Source: Octopus sinensis (Eukaryota). Taken from it: 64,000 bases of DNA. This document shows positions 51,927 to 64,000 of the stretch, in pieces. Where the stretch lies: positions 35,526,001-35,590,000 of the forward strand of contig NC_043010.1 in assembly GCF_006345805.1 (NCBI RefSeq). Reading direction: 5' to 3'. Each line of letters starts with the position of its first letter. Within the stretch, counting starts at the first letter, position 1. A program made the position numbers and the translations under genes. The notes beneath the pieces are model-generated. The model had not been told where the DNA came from, did no database searches, and worked only from the letters and a program-made list of their open reading frames with translations.

Positions 51927-52954
51927 GTGAGTATAGACGTGTGTGTGTGCATGTTTCTTACAAATGAATGAATAATTATTGTTTAACTTAAGGTTCTATA
52001 CTGCAAATATCTGCAACTGTTGCTAAATCCTAAACTTCATGAAACTGCAATTCATGTTGTTTCCGAGCAAAAAAACTGGAGCTAGGCACTCTTTAGCATA
52101 AAAAACACATTTTAGAATTTCTTGTCAAAAGACTTCCTGTTTGCACCGTGTGTGTTTATTTGTTGTATTTTATTGAATGAATTTCTTGATAATTTTTCTC
52201 CGGAAATTTTCTTTGTTCAGTTTTCAAGCCTAATATTTGTTAAAAAATCTCAAGCAGTGAGTTAGAATTTGGTGATATTATGTATTAATGATTTATTTAT
52301 CATTAATGATTTGGAGAAAGGGAGCTTGGACTTGGCTAAAATAGATATCGATATTTATTGGATATCAATTCCAAGCAGGAATGCAGTTATTGCATAAATG
52401 TTTTCTTACTAAATGGTAAAAATTATAAAAAAACCAGAAAAAAAACAAATAATTTTAGACAAACCATCTAAGGGAAATAATTTCTAACACTATTGTCATG
52501 AATTATGTCCCATATAACATTTTTACTTGTTTGTAATACTGGAAATACCATATACTTAACCATTATGACAGATTAAAAAAAAAAAAAAAGTTTTGAATTT
52601 AGTTATCTAATGAGTATTACTCAAAAGGTATTTCTTTTGGTTTTGTCACACATTCTTGTCTGTGATGCATTTGCTCCAGAGTGGTTGGTTGGATTATGAT
52701 GTAAATTTGTTGGTAGAGTCTGGTTCAACGCATCTTGAGTGAATGCCAACACATGTACAATGAATTTTTGTCAATGGAATGTATACACATGACACTAATA
52801 TATTGGCATCGTTCATGTCACATGCTACCCTTCCATTACAAAATTTAACAATGTGCCTAGTTTAAATAAGGAAATTTTCAGGATTTGCCTAAGAATATTT
52901 TTCCAAAGTGATTCTTCCTGGAATTATGTGATTTTTTTTTTGTATCTTATTCAG

Positions 52955-53050
52955 GATAACTGTCCTGGCTTCCAACGCCTAATGGAGATGGACAGTGATC
53001 TTCAGATGTTATTGATTGTCATCTTCATTGTGGTATTCTTGCTTATCAGG
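52955..53050 (+). CDS. LAPTM4: LAPTM4 exon 5 (DNCPGFQRLMEMDSDLQMLLIVIFIVVFLLIR; TM4)
   Basis: tattcag acceptor, AGG|gtgagt donor; 96 nt; hydrophobic TM segment in the expected position. Confidence 0.88.
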
Positions 53051-54254
53051 GTGAGTGTACAAAACACATATTTCTCTACTTTTTTTCTTGTTTGCTATGT
53101 CTCTCTCTCTTTTTCCACTGTTTCTCCCCACTTCCAAGTGTCTCTTTTTGTTCTTCTCTCCCTTTCTTCCTCTTCCTAGTTGCAGATATTCAACTTAATT
53201 TGCTTATACTAGCAGGACCTGTGAATATTTCACAGAATTAATGGTAAACTTATTGGGTTATTTCTGAAAACTTTATCCAAAAGACTTGAAAGTATAGCCT
53301 GTGTTGTGTCTGTATCAAAAGATAGTCTCTCCTCTGCTGCTCATTGATAAGTGAAGGAAATTGGAATATGAGGATTACTTAATGTACTTATATATACAAT
53401 TTTATACACTTAATACACAGCACTCTCTCTCTTTCTCTCTCACTTTTTGCCTTACCTTTTTATTCTCTCTCCTTTTTCTTTTGCTCTTTGAATTTCCCTT
53501 CAACTAATTATGTAAAGGTGTTATAGACTGGCTAAGTAACAGAGGAAAAAAAATCTTAGTTCAGAAAAAGAAATATTACAAATTTCACGCACCACTATTT
53601 CCCCTTCTTCCTTCCGATCTGCATCGCTCTTCCTCATCCCCTCCCTTCCCCTTCCTATTCCACCCTTCCCCTCCCTCACTCGCCCTCCCACATCTTCCCT
53701 CCCCATCCCTTCAATTCCCCTGTCCCCCTTCAACTAATCATGTGGAAGTGTTACGGACGGGCTAAGTAACAGAGTGACAAACAAAATTATTATAAGATAG
53801 TTAGTTTCATAAGAATTTAGAAACTTTGAGAGAACATGAAATAATTCTTTTTTGAAATGGTGAAACTCAAAGAAAATAAAGCTATAAATAATAGCATACA
53901 GATATTGGGTTGAAAATTCCCTTGGCTAGAAAACATTGGGTAACCTTCAACTTTTCTTATTCAAATTTACATACTATTATTTATAGCTTTATTTGCTTTC
54001 CATGGTGTATATATTCCTTCTTGGACAGGACACCAGTCTGTCACAAGAATATTAATTTTTGCCAGCTGAGTGGACTGGAGTAATATGAATTGAAGTGTTT
54101 TGCTCAAGAACATGTCACTTGGTCCAGGAATTGAAATCACAATCTTATGATCATGAGTCCAACACCCTAACCACTAAGTCACATACCTCCACTCTCTTTC
54201 TCTGTTGATACATTATTATATATATAATGTATGTATATGATTCTTCTTTTTCAG

Positions 54255-54356
54255 GCTTACTGTTTGGGAGTCATCTGGTCTTGCTATAAATATGCCCAGC
54301 TGGTATCTGCAGGAAGGAACCTTATTCGAGAATACAGAGTGGACCCTGATACTGAG
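54255..54356 (+). CDS. LAPTM4: LAPTM4 exon 6 (AYCLGVIWSCYKYAQLVSAGRNLIREYRVDPDTE)
   Basis: tttttcag acceptor, GAG|gtaagc donor; 102 nt; family motif AYxxxxxWxCYKY. Confidence 0.92.
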
Positions 54357-54591
54357 GTAAGCTTTTAAATTAATTTAAGCCAGTGTTGTTAGTGAAGACA
54401 TTGTCACAATAAATATGTAATGTTCAGTGGCTGTTTTTGTTTTGATCAGCGCTGATTGAGCAGATTTATTTCGGGGAGTTGAATAATTGGATGTGATCCA
54501 CAATTGCACTAATCCAGATATGGAGAAAAAAATGAACTGCAAAAAAGATAATGTTACATATTGATTTCTCTTGATCATGTGTTGTGTGGTA

Positions 54592-54975
54592 CTCTTTTAC
54601 TTGTTTCAGTCATTTGACTGCGGCCATGCTGGAGCACTGCCTTTAGTCGAGCAAATCGATCCCAGGACTTATTCTTTGTAAGCCTAGTACTTATTCTATC
54701 GGTCTCTTTTGCCGAACCGCTAAGTTGGGGGGAATGCAAACACACCAGCATCAGTTGTCAAGCGATGTTGGGGGTGGGGATAAACACAGACACACAAACA
54801 CACACACACATACGTATATACGACGGGCTTCTTTCAGTTTCTGTCTACCAAATCCACTCACAAGGCTTTGGTCAGCCCGAGGCTATAGTAGAAGAGACTT
54901 GCCCAAGGTGCTACACATTGGGACTGAACCTGGGATCATGTGGTTGGTAAGCAAGCTACTTACCACACAGCCACT
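54592..54975 (-). mobile_element. Full-length tRNA-derived SINE (same family as 38215-38590), CpG-retaining; followed by a second SINE head to about 55090
   Basis: Reverse complement of the same head, core and tail; many CpGs intact. Confidence 0.85.
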
Positions 54976-55512
54976 CTTGTGGAGCTTTAGGTGTTTTCGC
55001 TCAATAAACACTCACAATGCCCGGTCTAGGAATTGAAACCGCGATCCTGCGGCCGCGAGTTCACTTCCCTAACCACTAGGCCATTGTGCCTCCACTGTCC
55101 GCTGCCCTAAATTTTTTTTTTTTTTTTTTATCCTGTTGAATACTTGTTGGTAGGGTGTGATTTGGAAGAAGTTTGCCTGCAATTTTTAGCAATGACAAGA
55201 GAAGCTCTCTGTCTCTTGTATGCTTGTAGGTTAGATGGTTGTTTTTTTTACACTTTTATTGGGTGTTTCTCTCTGCTTCCAACACATTTCTAGTACAATG
55301 TGTTCTGCTAATGATGTTATTGCAACTGCTACTAATTTTGCTGTGCTGTTCAGCTTTAAGTTAGCATTGACTGAGTTGACTTATGATCAAAAACATTCCA
55401 TCTATGACCATCCAGTTTTTTTTTTTTTTCCAGTTGTTCTCTTTTATTCTCTACTCGTTGTTTAGCTGCATATTAAGCATAGCTTTACTTGCGTTTGGTC
55501 TTTCTTTTCCAG

Positions 55513-55728
55513 ATGCTTCTGCCACCAAGCTATGAAGATGCCATTAAGGTCCCGTTGTCAGAGCTGGCAGCCATGTCACATTCGTCTCAGCAGGTCCCAC
55601 CTCCTCCTTATATGATGTCTCTTGCTCCTGTTGTTGATGCCTCTACAACCACCTCTGACGCTAGTAGTAGTAGTAGTACGCCAACAACCACCACTACTAC
55701 TACTACAAACAGTGATAATGGTAATTAG
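55513..55728 (+). CDS. LAPTM4: LAPTM4 terminal exon (MLLPPSYEDA...VPPPPY...TNSDNGN*)
   Basis: ttttccag acceptor; LPPSY and PPPPY (NEDD4-binding PY motifs typical of LAPTM4); TAG stop. Spliced protein is 299 aa. Confidence 0.92.
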   Translation: MLLPPSYEDAIKVPLSELAAMSHSSQQVPPPPYMMSLAPVVDASTTTSDASSSSSTPTTTTTTTTNSDNGN

Positions 55729-56477
55729 GGAGGTTGATGAGTGTTCCAGAACATGTGCATACACAGTCTTACACGCATTTGCACAAACACGCAAACACAT
55801 AACCACTGTATATAAAGAATACAAACACTACACATAGTATATAAAATGCTCTCTCTCTCTTTCTTCCCGTAATATGCACCTATTAAATATAGTATATGTA
55901 TACAAACATGGTTGTACACACAGACGCACACAGTTTACACATGCACACATGTACATATTATGTATGTAAGCACATGCACAGACACGCACATGTATATACA
56001 TTGATTAAACACACACACACACATGTATGTATATGCCTGTGTATGAGCGACATGTATAGTGATACATCCATCTATACATGTATATGCGTATGTGTGATCT
56101 ACATGTATAGCTATACACACACCTACATAAACATACACACCAGTTACAAGTATATATATGTGATCTCTCTCTAATATATTTCTCTGTATAAATAGACTTT
56201 CAAAAGCTCAAAAGATGTGCTGGTCTCCTTAATTACCAAAATTACCTATTCCCTTTTAACCATTTGATGACTGGTGTAATTAGTTCATCCACACCACACC
56301 CTCTCTACAAGTTCTCATTTTTGAAATTTTCTCTTCTGTGTCTTGTTACTGCGTCTTTGTGGTGGTGGTTTGTGTTGGGGTAGAGGGATGGGTGAGGGAG
56401 TATGTAGCACGTAGCTCGTAATGGCGTCCAAACAATTTCAAGTGTATCTGCATATATTGTGTGTGCAGCTCTGCTTG

Positions 56478-56483
56478 AATAAA
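56478..56483 (+). terminator. Candidate polyadenylation signal of LAPTM4
   Basis: AATAAA about 750 nt after the stop, followed by a GT/T-rich downstream element; further AATAAA at 57358 and about 58970 could be alternative sites. Confidence 0.5.
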
Positions 56484-58885
56484 GCTGTCCTTAGCTAAGG
56501 TTCTGTATATTTTTTACTGTATCCTCTTGTTTTGTTTTCTTAAATTTAATTTGTGTGAGTATGTGTGTTTTCCAACATAGAAGCTAACTGCCTGTTGGCT
56601 CTTTTTTTCTCCTCATTTTAAATATGATAGGTCGACATATTGGGAAGGATTTGATTTCAGCATAGAGCTGGATAATGTTACTAGATAGAAGCTGCTTTGA
56701 AAGCTAGTATAGTGCCTGCTTTAAAGAGACTTTGAAAGTTTGTGGAGATGTGCCTGTTATAATTGACTAGGCTCAGCAACTGCAGAGAAGGGGCCTTGCT
56801 GTTTCATGGTGGTGATGTGATGAAGGTAATAATAATTGAGGCAGTAATGTTAATGCTGCTGATGATTGTGATAATGCAGTGGTGTTGTTTTATTATGAAA
56901 GAGGGCACTAGAAGAAATAGAAGTGTACCAGACTAAATGACTTATAATATTTAGTCTAATTTCTCCACATCAATGATAATAAATTTTTTTCAGATTCTAA
57001 TTCTTTGGCTCTGCACAACATTCCCAATGTCCTTCATCTTGTAACATTATTCTGAAGATTGGCTCCAAGCAACACGTGTAATTTAAAAAAGGCAGCAGTA
57101 AGCCCATTGCTCCTGCTTTCCTAGAAAATTCATAACCTTCCCTGAAGCAATCCTATAAACTTTATTCATAGTGGCAAGAACTGCTTATAATGTTTACTGA
57201 AACTTAAGCCTGTATTTGTAGTCTTTAAGTGAAAATAGATTAGCCTATACCTTTCATCTGTGGCCGAAGGGTGGCTGAGGCATTAAAATAAGCACCCATG
57301 ATATGAGGTTTGTTTAATCATGCTTACCATTGCATTCTTTTTCAGTAGAAGCATTGAAATAAAGCCCAGTAGGATACTGATGTTGGTTCAAACACCTAAA
57401 TGAAAATATGCCATATGCCTGATGAAAAGAAATCCCTGCGCAACCTGGACTCCCTACATCACTTATAGCATCTATCAGTAAACAGTAGCATCACCTCGCA
57501 TAGTTAGTTGTTGCTTGGTTTCTTTGTTTGATGATGGTTTTCCTTTTTAATGTTACTGTAGTTAGAATTTTAGGAAGCGACAATAAGTTTAAAAAATTTT
57601 TTTTACTCTTTTGTATATGTCCTCTGTTCTTTGTTTCATCTCCGCCTGTTCCTCTTCTACTATCGTCTCCCCATCTCTTCAGTTATTCACATTCCTTGGG
57701 TTACATTTTGTAATGTGTGGTCATTGCTCTACTGGCCATTGCCTCTTATTCTTTAGCTTATGTTTTCTAGTGCATGGTCCTTGCTGCTCTGACCACACAC
57801 ACGCACGCACACACGCACACACAGCATATTCTTCAGATAACTTTCTTTGCAACTGAGTAATTTGCTTCTTTCACACCTATTAATGTGAACATAACAATGT
57901 GATCTTCATTTTTTATGGAATAATTCTTGTTTCTGTATCATGTTTTATTATTGACTGTATCCTGTTCTTTAAGGGGTTCTTCTGTAATAGTGGCCTGAGT
58001 TGTACTGACCACATCTTATTCCTTGAGTCATCTTTGTGATGTAGTCTTTACTTCACTGACCACTGTGATCACTATGATGTGGTCCTTGCTACATTGGTGA
58101 CACATTCTTCATTTTGTGGGTTTATTATTAATTGGCATTATTTGCGAACACTACGGCTTGGTAGAAATGCTGACATGTTCAACAAAATACATCAGAATAT
58201 TTGGTTACACCCCCACTTTCATTCTGAGTTTAAATCCCTACAATGACTGGCTTTGTTTTCATCTCTTTGTCTTTCATCTCCTTAATAAAATAAGTACTAA
58301 TCATATACAGGGGATCGACTCATCTGTATAAATTTTCTTTCTTTCTTTCTTCAATGTGATCCTTATTGCACTAACTAGTTCAGCAAATTTCTGAAATGAA
58401 TATCTTGTGATGTTAATATAGTTTTATATATATAAGGATCTGTAATTTTTTTTTATATATATATATTTTTTTCTATTTATATTTTTCCCCTTGGTTTCTT
58501 AAAAATGATTTTTTTTCTTATATTCCATTGTCAGGAAACAATTTACATAAATTTTAATCTGATAAGGCTTCTACTGATTGCCCATCTTGAGAATATTAAA
58601 TAAAATGAAAATGTGTGTGGACTTAAGTAACCACAATGGTGTTTGAAAAAACAAAAAAAAAAAGGAAAAGAAAAAAAATGGTATACTGTGCATACATGAA
58701 ATTGAGAGCTATAACATGGCATCATGGTGCTTGTAGTGTAAGTGGGGTTGTCTTCTTTGTCTTCATTCATACATGGGCTGTATCTAAAATGATATAGCTT
58801 CAATTCTGACAACAGAGGGGTATTGGCTTGTTTAAAATTTTATTCCTTCTCCTTTATACCTAAATATGTATTTGTATACATTATG

Positions 58886-58919
<34 letters not shown>

Positions 58920-61900
58920 ATATATATTGCTTGTTCTTTTCCTTTCTAATCTTCATTTATTATGAACATTAATAAATTAAAAGTAAAGAATTGGATTAGC
59001 TTTTCGCCCCTCTTTTCTTTCTTTTTAATTGTTATTGTGATTGAATGACAGATTAAATGCTTTGCAGTATTTAGTTACCTTCTTTACATTCTGGTTTTCA
59101 ACTTCGCCCTTCATTCTTTTGGTGCTAATAGTAAGTGCTAATCAACTACTCTGTCCCCCAAATTTGTGGCCTTGTGCCTATGTCAGAAATCATTGTTGCT
59201 GTTGCTATAGAGTGGCAGAAATTGGTTGAATGTTGGACTACATGACTTGCAGTATATAGTTATATTTAGTTCAAATCTTGTCAAGGTTGATTTTTGTCAG
59301 ATATCTTTCAAAAGTTGATCTGTAAAATATTGGGGTGGTGGTTTGATTTCGATGGACTTGTCCCTACCTCAGATTTCTTGTTTTCTGCCTATGTTAGAAA
59401 TGATTAGAGGATTTATAAAATAATCCTTTCTACTAAAGGCACAAAGCCTGAAATTTTTTGGGAAGGGGGTAGTCGATTGCATCGGCCCCAATATGTAATT
59501 GGTAGTTAATTTATCGATCCCTAAAGGATGAAAGATAAAGTCAGCCTTGGCGGAATTTGAATTCAGAATGTAATGACAAACAAAATACTGCTAAGCATTT
59601 CGTCTGGTGTGCTAATGATTCTGCCAGCTCACTGCCTTAAGGGGAAATATAAAATAACAAATCTTCCCTGGTTTCAACAATGAGTACCCACCCAATCAAC
59701 TGAATTACATGCTTATTGAATTAGCATATATGTGGCTGAGCATTCTACAAACACATGATGTATTCTTGATGTTATTCTCAAACGAAATTAGTGTCATTCA
59801 TTCATTCATTCCTATTCTGTGTAAACATGTCCAGCCAAGGGGAAATATTTCTTTGGTTGGAAACAAGTGAAGGTTGTTGACAGGAATGTCTTGCATACAG
59901 CTGTAGAAAACTTGTCTCAGCAAATTCCATCTGTCCTATGCAAGCAGGGAGAAAATGGACGTAAAAAAATATTTATCTATGGATGGTTGGCAAACCTATG
60001 ACCAAACTTAAGTCAGTTTTGGTGATTCCATTCTTTATTTTAGATGATGTTTCTAGAAGTACAGTACCAAATGTGTCTGTCCTTGGTAGGGTATTATTTG
60101 AAAGAGATTTGGCTATTGTTTTCAGTGAGTTGAATGACCATGAAGAAATACGAAGAAGTATCCTTGTTGATGTTTTTACTCTGTACAGATAGAGAATTGA
60201 AGAAAAATACTGTTGTGGTTTGGGTGACTGAAACATGTCCAAATATATTTGAATGAAGGAATAAAGGTGTTCGAGAGCCAGATTGATGATGACCTTCATA
60301 AAACATTTATGAAGAAATGGTTTATGGTCATGTAGATGAATGCTGAGGCATGATTGTTATGGTTAAGTTCACTTGGACAATCATATAGTTCTGGGTTCAA
60401 TTCCAGTATGCAGCAATTTGGATGTAATCCTACTCTGGGGTGATAAATTCTTTGTGAGTGTAACTTGGTAGATAGAACTGCCTGAGTCGCACCGTATATG
60501 TATGATATATATTGGTTTCAAATTTTGGTATGAGGCCAGCAAGTTGGGGGAGAGGATTAGTCAATTACTTTGACCCCAATGTTCAACTGGTACTTATTTT
60601 ATCAACCCCAAAAGAATGGGAGGCAAATTTGACCTCGGCAGAATTTGAACTTGGAACGTAAAGAAGGACGAAATGCCACTACGCATTGTACTTGGCATGT
60701 TAATGATTCTGCCACCTTGTCACCTTATGTATGATATATATATTATCAATGAAAGACATCTATAGAAGCAAAGGAAGTAAATATGATAAACCAATGCGTG
60801 GAGCTAAAAGTATCTCATGGTTTTAATTTTGCCCATATTGTACTGGTATTCCTTCCTTTCTTTCACAATTGGAAACTGATAACCCATGACATTATCATTC
60901 ACAAAATGCATAATACAAAATAAAAGTGAAATTACTAGTCCTGAGAAAAACATTACTTCTGAAATCATTATAATACATGGAAACCTTAGAAAATCTTTTC
61001 ATGAAGACTAAATCAGTAGGTTTTATTCTCCCCAAGACAACGTGGACAAAAGAAAGCCCCCCCCCCCCGAATAGCACCAGCCAAAATAATCACAATAATA
61101 AATTTTGAACAACATTGTTGATAGCCTATGTATTGTTAAGCTTCGTATTTACTATGAGAAGCTAATTCGTATGAAGCTGGACATTGTTTCTACCCAGTGA
61201 AGTTGGCCTGTTGTAAGTTGAGTATTGAACTGCTGTACAGGGAGAATATTTCCAAGACAATAAGATTGGTGATAAGAACTGTATTTGAACATACATAATT
61301 TGTTTACTGTTGTTTTGGTCCTAGATGTGTACTGCAACTGCTAGAGTGCAGCAATTCCCAGTTAGGTGATCTTGAGAATAATGTTTTTTTAACAAACACA
61401 TGGGTAGGGGACAATATTGTTTAAATTTAGGTGCATGACACTTTTAAATGCAGAGTCAAAGATTTAAGCCAAGGCTAATTGGCTAACAAACTAAATTGAC
61501 TATTTTGTTTTTGTAAGTTGGATGTCACTAGCTAATTGACAAATCTATGCAAGTCATCTTCCATATTGTAGAAAGCAGGTGGAGTGAGGATAGCAAATTT
61601 AGCCTTGATTAGGCCCCAGGTCCATTTAGATTAGCAGAGCATTTGCCATCCAAATCTTAATGCTGTTCAGAGATGATATCAATTTAAAGATTGCAGTTTG
61701 GTTTTCACTATGAAAGAATAGGTTTAAAAAATTTTTTGTTCACCAAAGTATCTAAAGATACCATGGCTGATAATGTATATGCATACTGTGAGGCTGCGGC
61801 ATCTGTAGATTTATAAATTATGAGAAAATGTTCTTTGACATGCATGCTTTCCTAATAATGCTTGTAGCCTTTTATCAGTTAGTCGCACTTATATAACAGC

Positions 61901-62811
61901 AGAGAGCATGGATGACGCTTATGTAGAGGATTCTTCAGATGTGGAAAGAATCAAAACTGTGCTCATTTAGTGTCCAAAGATCACTGATTTTCAAAATTTA
62001 TTAAGAACCTACTTTCGCATGCTAGATAGAATTAATTGTCAGCTAAGATCACTGTGAAGTTAACATCGCTACCACTTGGTATACAATGGTATATAATCTT
62101 TCTCTTTCAGCTGGTTATGGTGGAAGTTGAAACTGATTAGAATGGCATTGTTTTCAATGAAACTCTCGTCAGCCTTGTTGACTATCATCCAAAGCAGTAA
62201 TATGGGAGTTATGAGAAAAGTCATGACATCGATTATATGCCATGAAAAATAGGTGAAAAAGATATATTGGAAGGAACGAAATGGCAGAGCTCTCGGGTCA
62301 AAGACAGAAGTAGATATTTTATTTAATTCTGAGAATAATTAAAGTTTTGGGGTACCATGATTTTTTCTGCGTGCAGTTGTCCTGCTATATTTCATATTAT
62401 TACAAACTAATTTATATTACTTATATGTATCATTGTGTGTGTATGTTCCTTTATAATACTGCAATTAAAACTTTTGATTTTTCCATGGTGCCAGCAATGG
62501 AATATTTCAACTAATGTACCTTTACACACCTGCCATTTTTGTCTGACATGAATTGCAGTACATTTTTAGACTCTACAACCCTTGGAACTGGAAACAATTT
62601 TTTTTGTGTATTAATGCAGAAAAGCAACTTTCAGCCATTCTTGAAATAATCAGTCATGAATGACGTTAAAGATACAAACACAAAATTTTATAATATATAT
62701 ATATATATTTACGAGGATGAAGGAGTAAGTTGACTCTGGTTAAATTTGAGATTCATAATAATAAATGAATGTAAAATTTTCCGCCTATGATAAAAAATAA
62801 AAACCAACAGC

Positions 62812-63365
62812 TGTAGCTGTGTGGTAAGAAGCTATCTTACCAATTACATGGTTCAAGGTTCAGTCCTACTGTGTGGTACCTTGGGCAAGTGTCTTCTACT
62901 ATAGCCTTTGGCTGACCAAAACTTTGTGAGTGGATTTGGTAGGCGGAAACTGAAAGAAGCCTCTTGTGTATATCATCATCATCATCATCGTTTAACATCC
63001 ACTATCCATGCTAGCATCGGTTGGATGATTTGACTGAGGACTGGCGAACCAGATGGCTGCACCAGGCTCCAATCTGATCTGGTAGAGTTTCTACTGCTGG
63101 ATGCCCTTCCTAACATCAACCCCTTTGAGAGTGTAGTGGGTGCTTTTATGTGCCACCAGCACGATATATATATATATATGTGTGTGTGTCTGTGTTTGTC
63201 TCCATCACTGCTTGACAATCGGTGTTGGTGTGTTTACGTCCCCGTAACTTAGTGGCTCGGCAAAAGAAACCGATAGAATAAATACTAGGCTTAAGAAATA
63301 AGTCCTGGGGTCAAGTTGGTCATTCAGCATGGCTGCAGTCAAATGACTGAAACAAATAAAAGCAT
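62812..63365 (+). mobile_element. tRNA-derived SINE interrupted by a nested Ceph-SINE-like copy (62972-63162, minus)
   Basis: Head 62812-62970 and tail 63165-63365 are separated by a (CAT)n-initiated element sitting in the internal (TA)n. Confidence 0.8.
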
Positions 63366-64000
63366 AAAAAAATAAAAGAACAATAAAAAATAGTATTACA
63401 ATGTTGCCTTTATTCATGTCTCTCCTCTTTATTGACAGTAGTGTTGTTCTTGGCTTTATTTTGATGGTTGCTATAGCCATTGCAGTATCATTAGTAATTG
63501 TGGCAGCATTTAACCAATAACATTTTTTGATGGAGGGAATAAGACTGTGTCAATGGTATGAATGACACCATTGTTGGCAGAGATGTCACGGTTGATGATT
63601 TGGGCCTTTTGAACTGTGATATGTAAATCTGGAGGCAGTAATTATTCATAGTGGTGGTGGTGGCAGTAATGATCATCAATGGGATAAGAAAGAAAGAAAG
63701 GGGAAAAAAAAAGGATTCAGTGAGTTAAGTGAGTGTGGCTGAGAATAATTCTTTTCTTTCATTTTTAGTGAATCAATCGACAACCCAGCCCACTGCCCCC
63801 CAAAATTTAGGATTTGGTAAAGTTGAAGAAGTGATTAAATGTGTATGTGCTGTGTATATGTATCTGTGAATTTGTGTATGTGTGTGTGTGTGTGTGTAAG
63901 AGACGAGAAAGATGTTTATGGAGAATAGGAATAGATGTGTGGGTCTGGGTGATCTTTGGTTTAAGACACATATAACTGCATAATTACTAATGAAACTAAA

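Noticed and set aside
59960-60310. 108-aa minus and 69-aa plus ORFs
   Set aside because: No recognisable domain; flanked by SINEs.

Overview
AT-rich, microsatellite- and SINE-dense animal genomic DNA; the repeat landscape strongly suggests an octopus (coleoid cephalopod), which is an inference. Two spliced + strand genes could be reconstructed by hand with canonical GT-AG introns and an uninterrupted frame. (1) A C6orf62-like gene: six coding exons from 1713 to 13307, 186 aa, with the N-terminal exon(s) upstream of the window. (2) A complete LAPTM4-family lysosomal four-pass membrane protein gene: seven coding exons from 28796 to 55728, 299 aa, with two PY motifs. The rest is introns and intergenic DNA filled with at least four SINE families, RTE and other LINE remnants, Tc1/mariner remnants, fold-back MITEs and simple repeats. 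Almost all ORFs in the supplied track are spurious or TE-derived. No rRNA, true tRNA, CRISPR or prokaryotic system was found, and I cannot demonstrate a new biological system. The best leads are: a 450-bp fold-back element whose loop holds a candidate poison exon of C6orf62; a 117-nt long-stem hairpin downstream of C6orf62; a divergent TATA/nuclear-receptor/E2F/CRE promoter plus an orphan minus-strand terminal exon that may mark an unannotated gene; and inverted SINE pairs flanking frame-preserving exon blocks (circRNA candidates). Exon coordinates are exact; TE boundaries are approximate.
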